This document shows positions 14,562 to 24,007 of a stretch of DNA of 64,000 bases, one piece after another. Location: positions 96,001 to 160,000 of the forward strand of contig JAPSGB010000004.1 of assembly GCA_035063585.1 (NCBI GenBank), in the 5' to 3' direction. How positions within the stretch are numbered: position 1 is the stretch's first letter; each line of letters starts with the position of its first letter. The notes beneath the pieces were generated by a model. The model worked only from the letters and a program-made list of their open reading frames with translations. It did not search any database and was not told where the DNA came from. This DNA is from Polyangiaceae bacterium. Its GTDB lineage: Bacteria; Myxococcota_A; Polyangia; Polyangiales; Polyangiaceae. Made by a program: the position numbers and the translations under genes.

Positions 14562-16502
14562 ATGCATGCGACAGGTAACCTGAAAATCCTCGATGAGCTC
14601 GTGTCGCTTGGCGCGATCACGGCTGAAAATCAGGAGGCCGTGCTCGCGTACTTGCAGCGGACCGGCGGGCGCTATGAGGAGGCGCTCCTCGAGGTGCGCG
14701 CCCTCGACGAGGTATCGCTGCTAAAGCACCTGGCCGCCCTCTATAAGACCCGCTTCGTCTCGACCGAGAAGCTCGCCAAGGCCGACATCGACCGGGGGAC
14801 CCTGGATCGCGTGCCGAGGAAGCTCGCCGAGCAGGAGGGTATCTTCCCCGTGCTCTTCGACGGTCGAGCGAGCGTGCTCAGCGTGGTGGCCGCCGATCCC
14901 GACAACGCGATGGCGCTCCAGGAGCTCAAGCTCGCTTCCGGGGTGAAGGAGCTCCGCGTGTTCGTGGCGCGACCGGCGTCCATCCGCGCCGCCATCAACA
15001 AGGCGTACGGCGGAGACATCCACGCCTTCGCGGCCCTCGACAAGAGCGCTCACGAGCAGTTCACCACCATGCTCGACGTCTACGAGCGGAACTTGGTGAG
15101 CGAGGAGAGCCTGACTACGGCCCTCGCGGCTGAGCGGTCGGGCGGCGATCGGATGTTGTCGTCGAGCGATCTGGAGAAATCGACCGCGACGGTCTCCGGG
15201 CGCGCGCTCGCCAACGATGCGTACCTCGAGACGCTCAACGTGCTGGTCTCGCTGATCGAGAATTCCAGGCCGGATCTGCGCGGTCACTCCGCGCACGTCG
15301 CCCGGCTGATGAAGAAGGTCGGTGAGCGGATCGGAGTGAGCGAGGTCGAGCGGAACGGGCTCGTCATCGGAGGCTACATCCACGACCTCGGGAAGATGGG
15401 CTCGTACCACCTCACCTCCCTCAACGTGAGCGAGTACGAGGGGCACCGGGTCTCGGCCGAGAAGCTCTGCCGCGCGCCGGCTCGCCTGCTCGAGGCGGTG
15501 AAGCTCCCGCGTGAGATCGTGGCGGCGGTCGAGTCGATGTACGAGCGCTACGACGGCAAGGGCCTCCCCGGCTCGCTCTCTGCCAAGGACATCCCGCTCG
15601 GCGCGCGCCTGCTGGCGATCGCGGACACCTACGCCGATCTCACCCAGAACCCGCGCAACCCCTTCCGCAAGACGCTGAGGCCGCTGCAGGCGTGCGACGT
15701 CCTGGCCCGCTACAAGGGGAGCATCTTCGACCCGAACCTGGTGGACCTCTTCAGGCACACGGTCACCGGCGACGACCTGAAGGCGCGCCTGCTCGCGAAC
15801 CGCCACCGCGCGCTCATCGTGGATCCGGATCCCGAGGAGACGACGGTGGTCGAGCTCCGGCTCATCGAGCAAGGCTACGAAGTGGAGATCGCGCGCACCG
15901 CGGAGGCCGCCCTGAAGCTCCTCGAGCGCGGGGAGACGGAGGTCGTGGTCAGCGAGATCGACCTGAAGCCGTCGGATGGCTACGCGCTGCTCGCCGAGGC
16001 GCGCCGTCAGCCCTGGGGCCAGGGGCTGCCCTGGGTGATCGTGACCAGCCGAACCGGAGGAGCCGAGGCGCAGCGCGCCTTCCAGATGGGAGCGGCGGAC
16101 TTCATGACCAAGCCGGTCGCAGCGGATCTCTTGGTCGCGAAGATCAGCCAGATCCTGGAGCGCGAGGCGACGCGGGCCGGCACGAGTCGCGGGGTCTCGG
16201 GCTCGCTGCAGGAGATGGGCCTACCGGACATGGTCCAGGTCTTGTGGCACGGCCGGAAGACCGGCTCGCTCAAGCTTCGCTCCGGGACCGACTCGGGCGA
16301 GATCCATTTCGTGAACGGCGCGATCTATAATGCCCTGTGGGCGAAGCTCCGCGGGGAGGACGCCTTCTACGCGATGCTTCAATTGACTCAGGGGGACTTC
16401 GCGCTCGACCCGAACTTCACCGCTCCGCAGCAGCTCATCCAGGCGAGCCCCGAGGCGCTCCTCTTGGAGGGCATGCGCCGCCTGGACGAGGCCGCGAGGT
16501 AG
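14562..16502 (+). CDS. multidomain signalling protein: MshEN/GspE-N, HD-GYP-like, REC-like and DUF4388
   Basis: N-terminus resembles GspE/PilB N-domains; RGHSAHVA...IHDLGK...ERYDGKGLP...IPLGARLLAIADTY...FDP; receiver fold; GSLQEMGLPDMVQVL...KTGSL...LLLEGMRRLDE (DUF4388). Confidence 0.85.
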   Translation: MHATGNLKILDELVSLGAITAENQEAVLAYLQRTGGRYEEALLEVRALDEVSLLKHLAALYKTRFVSTEKLAKADIDRGTLDRVPRKLAEQEGIFPVLFDGRASVLSVVAADPDNAMALQELKLASGVKELRVFVARPASIRAAINKAYGGDIHAFAALDKSAHEQFTTMLDVYERNLVSEESLTTALAAERSGGDRMLSSSDLEKSTATVSGRALANDAYLETLNVLVSLIENSRPDLRGHSAHVARLMKKVGERIGVSEVERNGLVIGGYIHDLGKMGSYHLTSLNVSEYEGHRVSAEKLCRAPARLLEAVKLPREIVAAVESMYERYDGKGLPGSLSAKDIPLGARLLAIADTYADLTQNPRNPFRKTLRPLQACDVLARYKGSIFDPNLVDLFRHTVTGDDLKARLLANRHRALIVDPDPEETTVVELRLIEQGYEVEIARTAEAALKLLERGETEVVVSEIDLKPSDGYALLAEARRQPWGQGLPWVIVTSRTGGAEAQRAFQMGAADFMTKPVAADLLVAKISQILEREATRAGTSRGVSGSLQEMGLPDMVQVLWHGRKTGSLKLRSGTDSGEIHFVNGAIYNALWAKLRGEDAFYAMLQLTQGDFALDPNFTAPQQLIQASPEALLLEGMRRLDEAAR

Positions 16503-16657
16503 CTCCGCGGGGGCTATGGCTGGGCGGGCGTAGACGGTGCCCGCGCGAAAGCGCGCGGGACGGCGGTGCCGCGGGGCCTGCCGTCATGGCGCGCGGCGTG
16601 GTAGGGTTCGAGGTCCGGTGCTCATGGTAACCACGCACCGCTCGGAGCTCTCTCGCC

Positions 16658-17581
16658 GTGCCGAAAGATCCGCCGCCTCTCCTCGGCTTCAACAACAACG
16701 TCAAGCACGAGGGGCGCATCTTTCACATCCAGACCGAGGACTCCGGCATCCGGCGGCCGCGGATCGTGACGCACCTCTTCGCTGACGGCGGCCGTATCCT
16801 GAAGACGACGCGCACCGACTACAGCGAGCACCTCGGGCGTGACGACATGGTGGCGGTCGTCAAGCGGATGATGAAGGGGCAGCACAAGGCGATGTTCATC
16901 GCCTTGCGCGCAGGTGAGCTCGACGCGCTCATCTTGGAGGCTTGCGGGCCGCTCTCGAGCGCCGCGCCTTCGGAGGGCCGCTCGGGGCGGCGCTCGAAGC
17001 CGCCGCCGAAGCCCTCCCGGCCACCGCCGCGCGCGAGCGAGCCGCCGCCCTCGGAGGCGAGCTCGAGCGTGCCCACTCTCGAGCAGTTCGCGCCCACCGC
17101 CGAGCAGCTCGCGGCGGCGACTGCGGTCGCCGCGATGCCGCGCCGAGCGCCGCGGGCGCGCAGCCTCTCGAACCCGAGCCTCCGGCGTGTCGGGCCGAGC
17201 GTCCCTCCGCCCTCGCGCGGAGAGCTCGAGCTCGACGTGGCCTCCCTCGACGAGCACCCGCCGGCCCCACGCCTCCCCGACGCCGCGGTCGGCGCGGCGC
17301 TCGAACCGCTGGCGGGGCACGAGAGCGGAACGCACCGCGCCGCGCGCTCGAGGACTCCGCCGCCGCTCCCCTCACGCGGCACGCCGGCGCTCGGCACACC
17401 GAGCAGCGCGGCGCCGCAACCCTCCGGCAAGTACGCCGCGTCGCGACCCGCCGCGATCTTCACCGAGCCGTCGCCGGAGAAGCGCAGCATCTTCGGCGAG
17501 AGCATGATCAGCGAGAAATCGCTCGACGAGGTGATCTTGAGCTACCTCGCCGACGACCTCGAGACCCCCTCGGGAGACTGA
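16658..17581 (+). CDS. romY: RomY-like myxobacterial protein (conserved N-domain, Pro-rich linker, conserved C-terminal motif)
   Basis: GFNNNVKH..RIFHIQTEDSG...IVTHLF..GG and terminal FGESMISEKSLDEVILSYL match my recollection of the RomY family; not verified by search. Confidence 0.55.
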   Translation: MPKDPPPLLGFNNNVKHEGRIFHIQTEDSGIRRPRIVTHLFADGGRILKTTRTDYSEHLGRDDMVAVVKRMMKGQHKAMFIALRAGELDALILEACGPLSSAAPSEGRSGRRSKPPPKPSRPPPRASEPPPSEASSSVPTLEQFAPTAEQLAAATAVAAMPRRAPRARSLSNPSLRRVGPSVPPPSRGELELDVASLDEHPPAPRLPDAAVGAALEPLAGHESGTHRAARSRTPPPLPSRGTPALGTPSSAAPQPSGKYAASRPAAIFTEPSPEKRSIFGESMISEKSLDEVILSYLADDLETPSGD

Positions 17582-17725
17582 GCCGAGGCGCCCCTCTCCG
17601 GAGGGTGGTCGGAGCGGCGCGGAACCCGGGTTGGGCGGAGCACGCGCTCGGGCGGAGCGCGCGGCAGATACCGGGTTGCCTCGGGCCGAGAAATTCTCGA
17701 GCATACTCGTCGAGGGTGCCTCGGG

Positions 17726-19573
17726 GTGAGCGGAGCCGACTACGACGAGCTGAAGAACCAGGCCTCGCGCTTTCGCGCGCTCGCGAACGCCGCGTTCGAG
17801 GCGCTCGCGCTACACGAGCACGGCGTCATCACCGATGTCAACGACGCGTTCGTCGAGCTCTTCGGCTACGCGCGCGAGGAGACGGTCGGCAAGCACGTCA
17901 TCGAGTTCGCCGCGCCGGAATCGCGTCCGTTGCTCGAGGAGAAGCTCCGCTCGGGGGCCGTGAGCGCGTACGAAGGGCTCGCGCTCCGTAGAGATGGAAC
18001 CCGCTTCGCGGTGCAGGTCCGCGGTCGTCCGATCACGGTGGGCGGCATCGAGCTTCGCGCGGTGGCGCTCCGGGACATCGGCGGCGCCCGCGCGATGGGT
18101 GGAGTGTTCGACCGCATCACCGAGTCGGTCGTGGGGCTCGACGCGAACTTCCGGTTCATGTTCGCGAATCGCGCGGCGAGCGTCGTGTTCCGCACCGACA
18201 TGAAGCCCCTGATCGGGTCGGTGGTGTGGGACGCCTTCCCGACCATGGTCGGCTCCGCGCTCCAGGCGCAGCTCGAGCGCGCGCGAGAGACACAGGAACC
18301 GACCGAGCTCGAGCTCGACTCCCCCATGCTCGGGCACACGCTCCACATCCGCATCTTCCCTTCGCCCGAAGGGATGACGCTGCACACCCGCGACGTGACC
18401 GAGCAGCGGCGCCTCGAGGGCCAGCTGCGGGAGGCGCAGAGGCTCGAGGTGATCGGGCAGCTCGCCGGGGGCGTCGCGCACGATTTCAACAACCTCATGA
18501 CGGTGGTGCTCGCGAACGCGAGCATGCTGCGGCGAATGAGCGCGCCCGGCGGGCCCTTCGACGCGGGGCTCGCCGATCTCGAGTACGCCGGTCGGCGAGC
18601 AGCGGAGCTCACGCAGCAGCTCCTGGCGTTCGGGCGCCGGCAGGTGATGCGCCCGCGGCCGCTCGACTTGAACGAGATCCTGCGCGAGAACGCGACCACC
18701 GTGCAGCGGCTCGCCCGCGAGGACACCGAGCTGCGCCTCGTGCTCGCCCCGGAGCTCGGGGTCATCGAGGCCGATCGGGTCCAGGTCGAGCAGGTGCTCA
18801 TGAACCTCGCCGCCAACGCGCGCGACGCGATGCCGACCGGCGGCACGCTGACCATCGAGACGAAGCACGTGACGATCGGCGAAGCGCGCAGCCACGAGTA
18901 CGCCAGCGTAAACCCGGGAGAGTACGTGCTCCTGTCGATCAAGGACACCGGCGTCGGGATGGACGCCGAGACGACCGCGCGGGTGTTCGAGCCGTTCTTC
19001 ACCACCAAGGAGCTCGGGCACGGGACGGGCCTTGGCCTCGCGACGGTGTTCGGGATCGTGAAGCAGAGCCACGGGCACCTGCGGGTCGAGAGCGCGCGCG
19101 GCCAGGGCTCGACCTTCGAAGTGTATTTCCCCCGCGTGGCGGGCGCGCCCGCGCCCGTCGTCGCGCCTGAACCAGCCGCGCGCGCAGGCTCGGGTTCCGA
19201 GACGATCCTCGTCGTAGAGGACGAGGGCGCCGTGCGCCGGCTCCTCGGCGCGGTGCTGCGGAGGGCCGGGTACACCGTCATCGAAGCGAGCGGTCCGACC
19301 GAGGCGCTGGCCACCTGGGAGGCCACCGGAGGCGCAGCGCTCCTCTTGACCGACGTGGTCATGCCCACCATGGACGGGCGAAAGCTCGCCGCGGAGCTCG
19401 CGCGGTCGAGGCCCGAGCTCCGCGTCGTCTACATGTCGGGTTACACCGAGGACGTCATCGTGAACCGCGTGCTCGACGCGGGGGTCTCGTTCCTGCAGAA
19501 GCCCATCACGGTCGACGAGCTGTTGCGAACCGTGCGCGCTACGCTCGACGCGCCGGGGCCGGCGCGCCGCTGA
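17726..19573 (+). CDS. cytoplasmic hybrid histidine kinase (2x PAS, HisKA, HATPase, REC; CckA-like)
   Basis: LAGGVAHDFNNLMT, NLAANARDAM, DTGVGM, FEPFFTTK, GTGLGL and REC (LVVEDE...LLTDVVMP...FLQKP). Confidence 0.93.
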   Translation: MSGADYDELKNQASRFRALANAAFEALALHEHGVITDVNDAFVELFGYAREETVGKHVIEFAAPESRPLLEEKLRSGAVSAYEGLALRRDGTRFAVQVRGRPITVGGIELRAVALRDIGGARAMGGVFDRITESVVGLDANFRFMFANRAASVVFRTDMKPLIGSVVWDAFPTMVGSALQAQLERARETQEPTELELDSPMLGHTLHIRIFPSPEGMTLHTRDVTEQRRLEGQLREAQRLEVIGQLAGGVAHDFNNLMTVVLANASMLRRMSAPGGPFDAGLADLEYAGRRAAELTQQLLAFGRRQVMRPRPLDLNEILRENATTVQRLAREDTELRLVLAPELGVIEADRVQVEQVLMNLAANARDAMPTGGTLTIETKHVTIGEARSHEYASVNPGEYVLLSIKDTGVGMDAETTARVFEPFFTTKELGHGTGLGLATVFGIVKQSHGHLRVESARGQGSTFEVYFPRVAGAPAPVVAPEPAARAGSGSETILVVEDEGAVRRLLGAVLRRAGYTVIEASGPTEALATWEATGGAALLLTDVVMPTMDGRKLAAELARSRPELRVVYMSGYTEDVIVNRVLDAGVSFLQKPITVDELLRTVRATLDAPGPARR

Positions 19574-19663
19574 GCGGCCGGCGCGCGCGCGACGAGCCCG
19601 CGGCGTCCAGGCCGCCAAGGCAAGACCCGGGGTTCCGCGCCGGACCGACCATCGCTCGGCCTG

Positions 19664-19771
19664 GAAGCTCGGCCCCGGCTCGTCCTCAGTGGCCGCGAGG
19701 CGGTCAGCGTTCGGGTAGATCGCAATGCGGTCACCGAAGCTCGGCCCCGGCTCGTCCTCAGTGGCCGCGAG
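19664..19771. repeat. two exact 36-bp direct repeats separated by a 36-bp spacer
   Basis: GAAGCTCGGCCCCGGCTCGTCCTCAGTGGCCGCGAG at 19664-19699 and 19736-19771. Confidence 0.9.
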
Positions 19772-21605
19772 AGGGCGCCGGCTTCGCGCCCCAGATCCGC
19801 AGGCTCAGCGCGAGCCCGAGCACCGTGAACGGCAGGAGGAACAGCGGCCAGTACGACCAGCTCCGAGTGGTCAGGAACCCGAGGCTCACCGACTGAAGCG
19901 CGGTGCCGAGGTAGACGAGGCCGTCGATCGCCCCGACCGCGGTGGCGGCGGCCTTCCGTCCGCCAAAATCCATGGTGGCGGTGCCGCTCAACACGCCATG
20001 GCACCCGATGGTGGCGAGGCTCATGAGGAACACGACGACCCCGAGGAACCACGGGCTCAGCGGCAGCTCGGGACGCGCGCGAAGCAAGCGACCATCGCCC
20101 GCGCGCTGGACGGGCGCTGGGTCGGGCAGCGCGAGCGTGACCGTCTGCCCGGCGCGTTCGACGACCGCCGGGATCGGCCGCGCACCGACACCGGCGGGCC
20201 CTGCGTGCTCGGCGCCGCCGCTGGCGCAGGCGCACTTCGCGCTACTCCATGTGGAAGCGGAACAGCGCGGCTCCCAGCAGCTCACCGCCCGCCGCACGTC
20301 CGTCCAGCCGCGGATCCGGTCGACGCCGGCGATGCTCACGATGCGATCCCCAGCGTGGAGCCCGCTCTCGGGAGCGGCGCTGGCGACCACGTTCTCGGCG
20401 GGCGAGAGCGTGAAATACATCACCGCGGTCGAGAGCAGCATCAAGGCGTACATCCCGGCGGCGGCGGGGCCGCGGCGGCTCTGAAAGAAGAGGTCCGACA
20501 CCCACCCGGCGACGTTGCCGCCGATGACCCCGGAGACGAAGAGCAGGCCGCCCCACCCGCCTTGCAGGAACGGCGCGAGGAACGCGAGGCTGGCGAGCGC
20601 GGCGAGGACCGCGCGACGGCGGCCGCTCGCATACCGCGCGAGCACGCCCGACACCGCCGCCGTGGCGAAGCAGGCGACCACCACCCCGAAGTGCTCCCAG
20701 GACCCGTTGCGGAGCGGATGCGCGCTCGGGAGCGCCCAGATCTGCGACGCGTAGATGGGAAACCAGTGCATCACGCCGTTCCGCACCACGCCGGTGCAGA
20801 ACTCGATCCCGGCGACGGTGAGGATGATGGGGTTGGTGAAGAGTCGCTTGAAGAGCTCGAGGGTGGGCAGCGGCTCCTCACTGGCATCACCGCTCGAGGC
20901 GTCGCCGGTGTCGAAGTCCTGGAGCCCCGCCTGGCTCGGTCGATCGCGGAGCAGGAACGATTCGATGACGAGGATGAGCGCGAGCAACGCGGCTGGAACG
21001 ACGAACACCACCCACTCGGTCGGCTGCTCCTTCCAGAAGCGCTTCGCAAGCTCGAGAAACCACGCATTTCCGGTGAACGCGAAGAAGATCCCGCTGGCGA
21101 TCATCGCACCGAACACGCCCGAGAAGCCGCCGCGCTCGGTCACGTGGAACCAGTGCGCGTTCACCTTGACGATGGAGACCGCGCCGTAACTCTGAAAATA
21201 CATGTTCACCGCGTAGAGCGCGCTGAACACGCCGCGCAGCGGCGCGGCTCCCGGGCTCTCACTCGCGAGCACGTGGGCGAGATAGGCGCCCATCGCGAGG
21301 TTCGCGAAGAGCGCCCCGGTGAGGCCTATCAACATGCCCTTCCGCCCGCCGACGCGATCGACCAGGGGACCGTTCACGAGAAAGGCGAGGGCGTAGGTGA
21401 CGGTACCCGCCGCGAAGATGAGCCCGAAGTCCTCGTTCGTCATCAGGTGACCCAGCGAGGTCTTGGCGACGGTGAGGTTGTACCGGCCCATGTAGAGCAG
21501 CGCGTAAGCGAGCCCGAGGGGGAACCAGTTGAGGAAGCGCCGAGCGCGGAAGGCCGCGTCCCGCGGGTAGGTGGCTGCGCTTGGGTGCGGGTCCGCGGCG
21601 GTCAT
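19758..21605 (-). CDS. MFS transporter, GlpT/UhpT (OPA)-like, with an inserted PDZ-like domain
   Basis: YMGRYNL, GPLVDRVGGR, MYFQSYG, WFHVTERG, LRDRP, GWVSD.FF..RR and DFGGRKAAATAVGAIDG; extra soluble insert GLHAGDRIVSIAG...VERAGQTVTL. Confidence 0.85.
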   Translation of the reverse strand: MTAADPHPSAATYPRDAAFRARRFLNWFPLGLAYALLYMGRYNLTVAKTSLGHLMTNEDFGLIFAAGTVTYALAFLVNGPLVDRVGGRKGMLIGLTGALFANLAMGAYLAHVLASESPGAAPLRGVFSALYAVNMYFQSYGAVSIVKVNAHWFHVTERGGFSGVFGAMIASGIFFAFTGNAWFLELAKRFWKEQPTEWVVFVVPAALLALILVIESFLLRDRPSQAGLQDFDTGDASSGDASEEPLPTLELFKRLFTNPIILTVAGIEFCTGVVRNGVMHWFPIYASQIWALPSAHPLRNGSWEHFGVVVACFATAAVSGVLARYASGRRRAVLAALASLAFLAPFLQGGWGGLLFVSGVIGGNVAGWVSDLFFQSRRGPAAAGMYALMLLSTAVMYFTLSPAENVVASAAPESGLHAGDRIVSIAGVDRIRGWTDVRRAVSCWEPRCSASTWSSAKCACASGGAEHAGPAGVGARPIPAVVERAGQTVTLALPDPAPVQRAGDGRLLRARPELPLSPWFLGVVVFLMSLATIGCHGVLSGTATMDFGGRKAAATAVGAIDGLVYLGTALQSVSLGFLTTRSWSYWPLFLLPFTVLGLALSLRIWGAKPAPSRGH

Positions 21606-21747
21606 GTGGCCCGAGGATACACGCCCGCGCCAGCGAGGGCAGCGCGCGGGCCGGCGCCGGAGGCGCCGCTCACGGTGTTATTTTGCGCGGACCTGACGCT
21701 CGCCCCTTGACGCCTGCTCGATATGTGGGAAGCGTCGGGGCCCTCGC

Positions 21748-21819
21748 GGCGAGGTAGCCAAGTGGTTAGGCAACGGTTTGCAAAACCGTCATACGCCGGT
21801 TCGAATCCGGTCCTCGCCT
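21748..21819 (+). tRNA. tRNA-Cys (GCA)
   Basis: Acceptor stem GGCGAGG/CCTCGCC, anticodon arm ACGGT-TTGCAAA-ACCGT, T-arm CCGG-TTCGAAT-CCGG, discriminator U; followed by CCG, so CCA is not fully encoded. Confidence 0.96.
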
Positions 21820-21903
21820 CCGAAACAAGAGCGGCGTGAACGAGCGACGGCGCGAGCGCGCTCTCACGCGACTCGCGCCGTCTGCCTACTCGACCGGTGC
21901 GGG

Positions 21904-23064
21904 CTAGTTCAGCATGACGGGCTCTTGGCTGAACATCTGCCGCTCGACCTCGCGCTCTTCGTCACCAGCCGTGGTGTCGGCCTCCATGAAGTTGCGGTGC
22001 TGATGCCCGGGGCGCGTGAGACGGCAGTACGCGTTGAAGATGCTATTGAAGAGCGCTGCCTGCCGCGCCGACGCCTCCTCGGGCAAGAGGCCGGCGCGCT
22101 GGGACAGCGCGTTCACCTTACGCATGATCGAGCCGGCGAAATCGAAGGCGTCGATCCCGAGCTCGGAGAGCTCCGGCTCGAGCAGCATCACGAGCGGGAG
22201 CGCGGGGAGCGTCATCGCGAGCCGCCGGCGACGCGCGCGCCCGCTCCGCTTCTGCCGGTCGCTCAGCGGGAACTCCTTGAAGTAGTTGGCCGGGAGCGCG
22301 GTGTGGCGTGACTCGTCGAGGTGGAAGAGCCGGAGGATCTCGAGGCCCGGCATCGACGAGAGCAGCCCGAAGATGCTGAGCGCGATGGTCTCGACCAGCA
22401 CGTTCATGCCGAAGAACTTGTCGAGCCCCTTGGCCTTGAGCGCCCCCTCGAGGAGGAGATACTCCCAGGCCGTCTGCCGCGGGATCTCGACCCCGAACGC
22501 CTGCACGAGCTCGCGCATCACCACGAAGTGCTTGGCCTCCTCGAGCACCTGCATGGTGAGCGCCGCGCGTGCGCCCGTGCTCTTCACCTCGGTGAGCAGG
22601 CTCGCCGAGGTGAGCCAGGCGTAGGCCTCGCCGTGGCCGATCGCAGAGAGGATCGCCACGATCGCCTTCTTCTGACTCGTGGTGTAGTGGCGATCGAGCG
22701 TCGCGCGGAACTCGTCGCTCGTGATGCGCGCGCGCGCGGCGCGCTCCTCGTGCGTCATGCTGCGATCGGCCTGCTCGTAGAGCGCCCGCTCTTCGTCAGA
22801 GCAATCGCGGAAGCTCGACCAGGGCGCCACCGCCTCGGCCTTCCAGAGCAGCCGCAGGCTCTTGTCGTAGTGCTTGGCGCGGAGCTCGTCTCGCGCGCCG
22901 CCGATGAACTCGTAGCGCTCGTCATCGTAGGCGGCGGCACGGCCGCCGATGCCGAGGCGCTCCGCCCAGCGATCACGCGCGCGGATGGCGTGGTTGGCAA
23001 GCCTCTCGACGCTGCGGTTGATCGCGGCAGCGCGCTCGTTGTACGGCAAGGGCGACGGATTCAT
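21904..23064 (-). CDS. ferritin-like diiron-carboxylate protein
   Basis: E (GHGEAY), EEAKH, E (LVETIA) and DESRH ligand pattern; strong SD AAGGAGG before ATG 23064. Confidence 0.75.
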   Translation of the reverse strand: MNPSPLPYNERAAAINRSVERLANHAIRARDRWAERLGIGGRAAAYDDERYEFIGGARDELRAKHYDKSLRLLWKAEAVAPWSSFRDCSDEERALYEQADRSMTHEERAARARITSDEFRATLDRHYTTSQKKAIVAILSAIGHGEAYAWLTSASLLTEVKSTGARAALTMQVLEEAKHFVVMRELVQAFGVEIPRQTAWEYLLLEGALKAKGLDKFFGMNVLVETIALSIFGLLSSMPGLEILRLFHLDESRHTALPANYFKEFPLSDRQKRSGRARRRRLAMTLPALPLVMLLEPELSELGIDAFDFAGSIMRKVNALSQRAGLLPEEASARQAALFNSIFNAYCRLTRPGHQHRNFMEADTTAGDEEREVERQMFSQEPVMLN

Positions 23065-23434
23065 CGGAGCCTCCTTCTTGCGAGAGTGAGCTACCGAGGA
23101 CAGTAGCACGCAACCATGCCCGATCGATCCCGTGAGCGGGGCCCATCGAGCGACCGGCGGACGCCGCTCGCTCACACCACGCGCGCGCTCACCGCTTCAG
23201 CGATGCGTCACTCCGGGCCACACTGGCCTCGTCTGACAAGAGGCGGCGTGGGGAGCGCTCATCGCGTGAAGTTCAGGCTCGTGGGAGGCGCCTCGTCGAG
23301 GAGCGTCGCGCCCGCCGTTCCGAGCCGATCCCCGCGAACCGACAGACCCGGACGCCGGCACCAAGGACGGCGAGCTGCGCGGTGGCCTCGCGCGCGCGTG
23401 GCTCTCCCACACGCGCGCACCCGGCGCTCGACGC

Positions 23435-24007
23435 TCAGTGCTGCATCGGCTTCCAGTCGGGGTGGTCGAAGAACTTCGCGTAGGCCTCGAGCGCGTTCAT
23501 GACCTTCACTGCGCCGCCCATGCGCGCATCGCCCTTCTTCATCTCTGCAGCTCCGGCGGACACCTGCGCGAGGACGAGGTGAAGCTGCTCATCGGCCGCC
23601 TTCGGCAGCTTGCACTTCGCGACGATCTCGCCGACCTCTGCCTCGACCGCGCCCGCGAGCTTCTCGTAGCCAGCGGGCCCGAGGCTGTCGTCGTGAATCG
23701 GCTTCATGTCGGCCTGGATGGCGTCTCGGATCTTGGTCATGCCGCTCCGGAGCGTCTCGTCCGTCTGCCACTTCTTGCCGTTGTCGAGGGTGAGCCCCGC
23801 GACGGCGTTACCCGGATCGACCTCGCCGTGACCGTGCTCGTGTCCGGCGGTCTCCTTCGCGGGCGCGGCGGCGGCGTGCTCGTGCGCCGCGGCGCCCTCC
23901 GCCTTCGCGGGCGCGGCACCGCCGTGTTCGTTCGCGGGCGAGCCGCTCTCCTTGCAGCCGACGAGCGCGAGACCAAGACCGAGAGCGAACGCATACTTGG
24001 AGAACAT
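23435..24007 (-). CDS. DnrO-like His-rich lipoprotein
   Basis: Lipobox LVGC, His-rich linker, then LDNGKKWQTD..LRSGM..IR...CKL...ADEQLHLVL...Y..FFDHPDW. Confidence 0.7.
   Translation of the reverse strand: MFSKYAFALGLGLALVGCKESGSPANEHGGAAPAKAEGAAAHEHAAAAPAKETAGHEHGHGEVDPGNAVAGLTLDNGKKWQTDETLRSGMTKIRDAIQADMKPIHDDSLGPAGYEKLAGAVEAEVGEIVAKCKLPKAADEQLHLVLAQVSAGAAEMKKGDARMGGAVKVMNALEAYAKFFDHPDWKPMQH

Noticed and set aside
19664..19771. Calling a bona fide CRISPR array
   Set aside because: Only two repeats, one overlapping a gene's stop codon; no AT-rich leader, no cas genes in the window and no typical repeat termini. Kept as a repeat finding.
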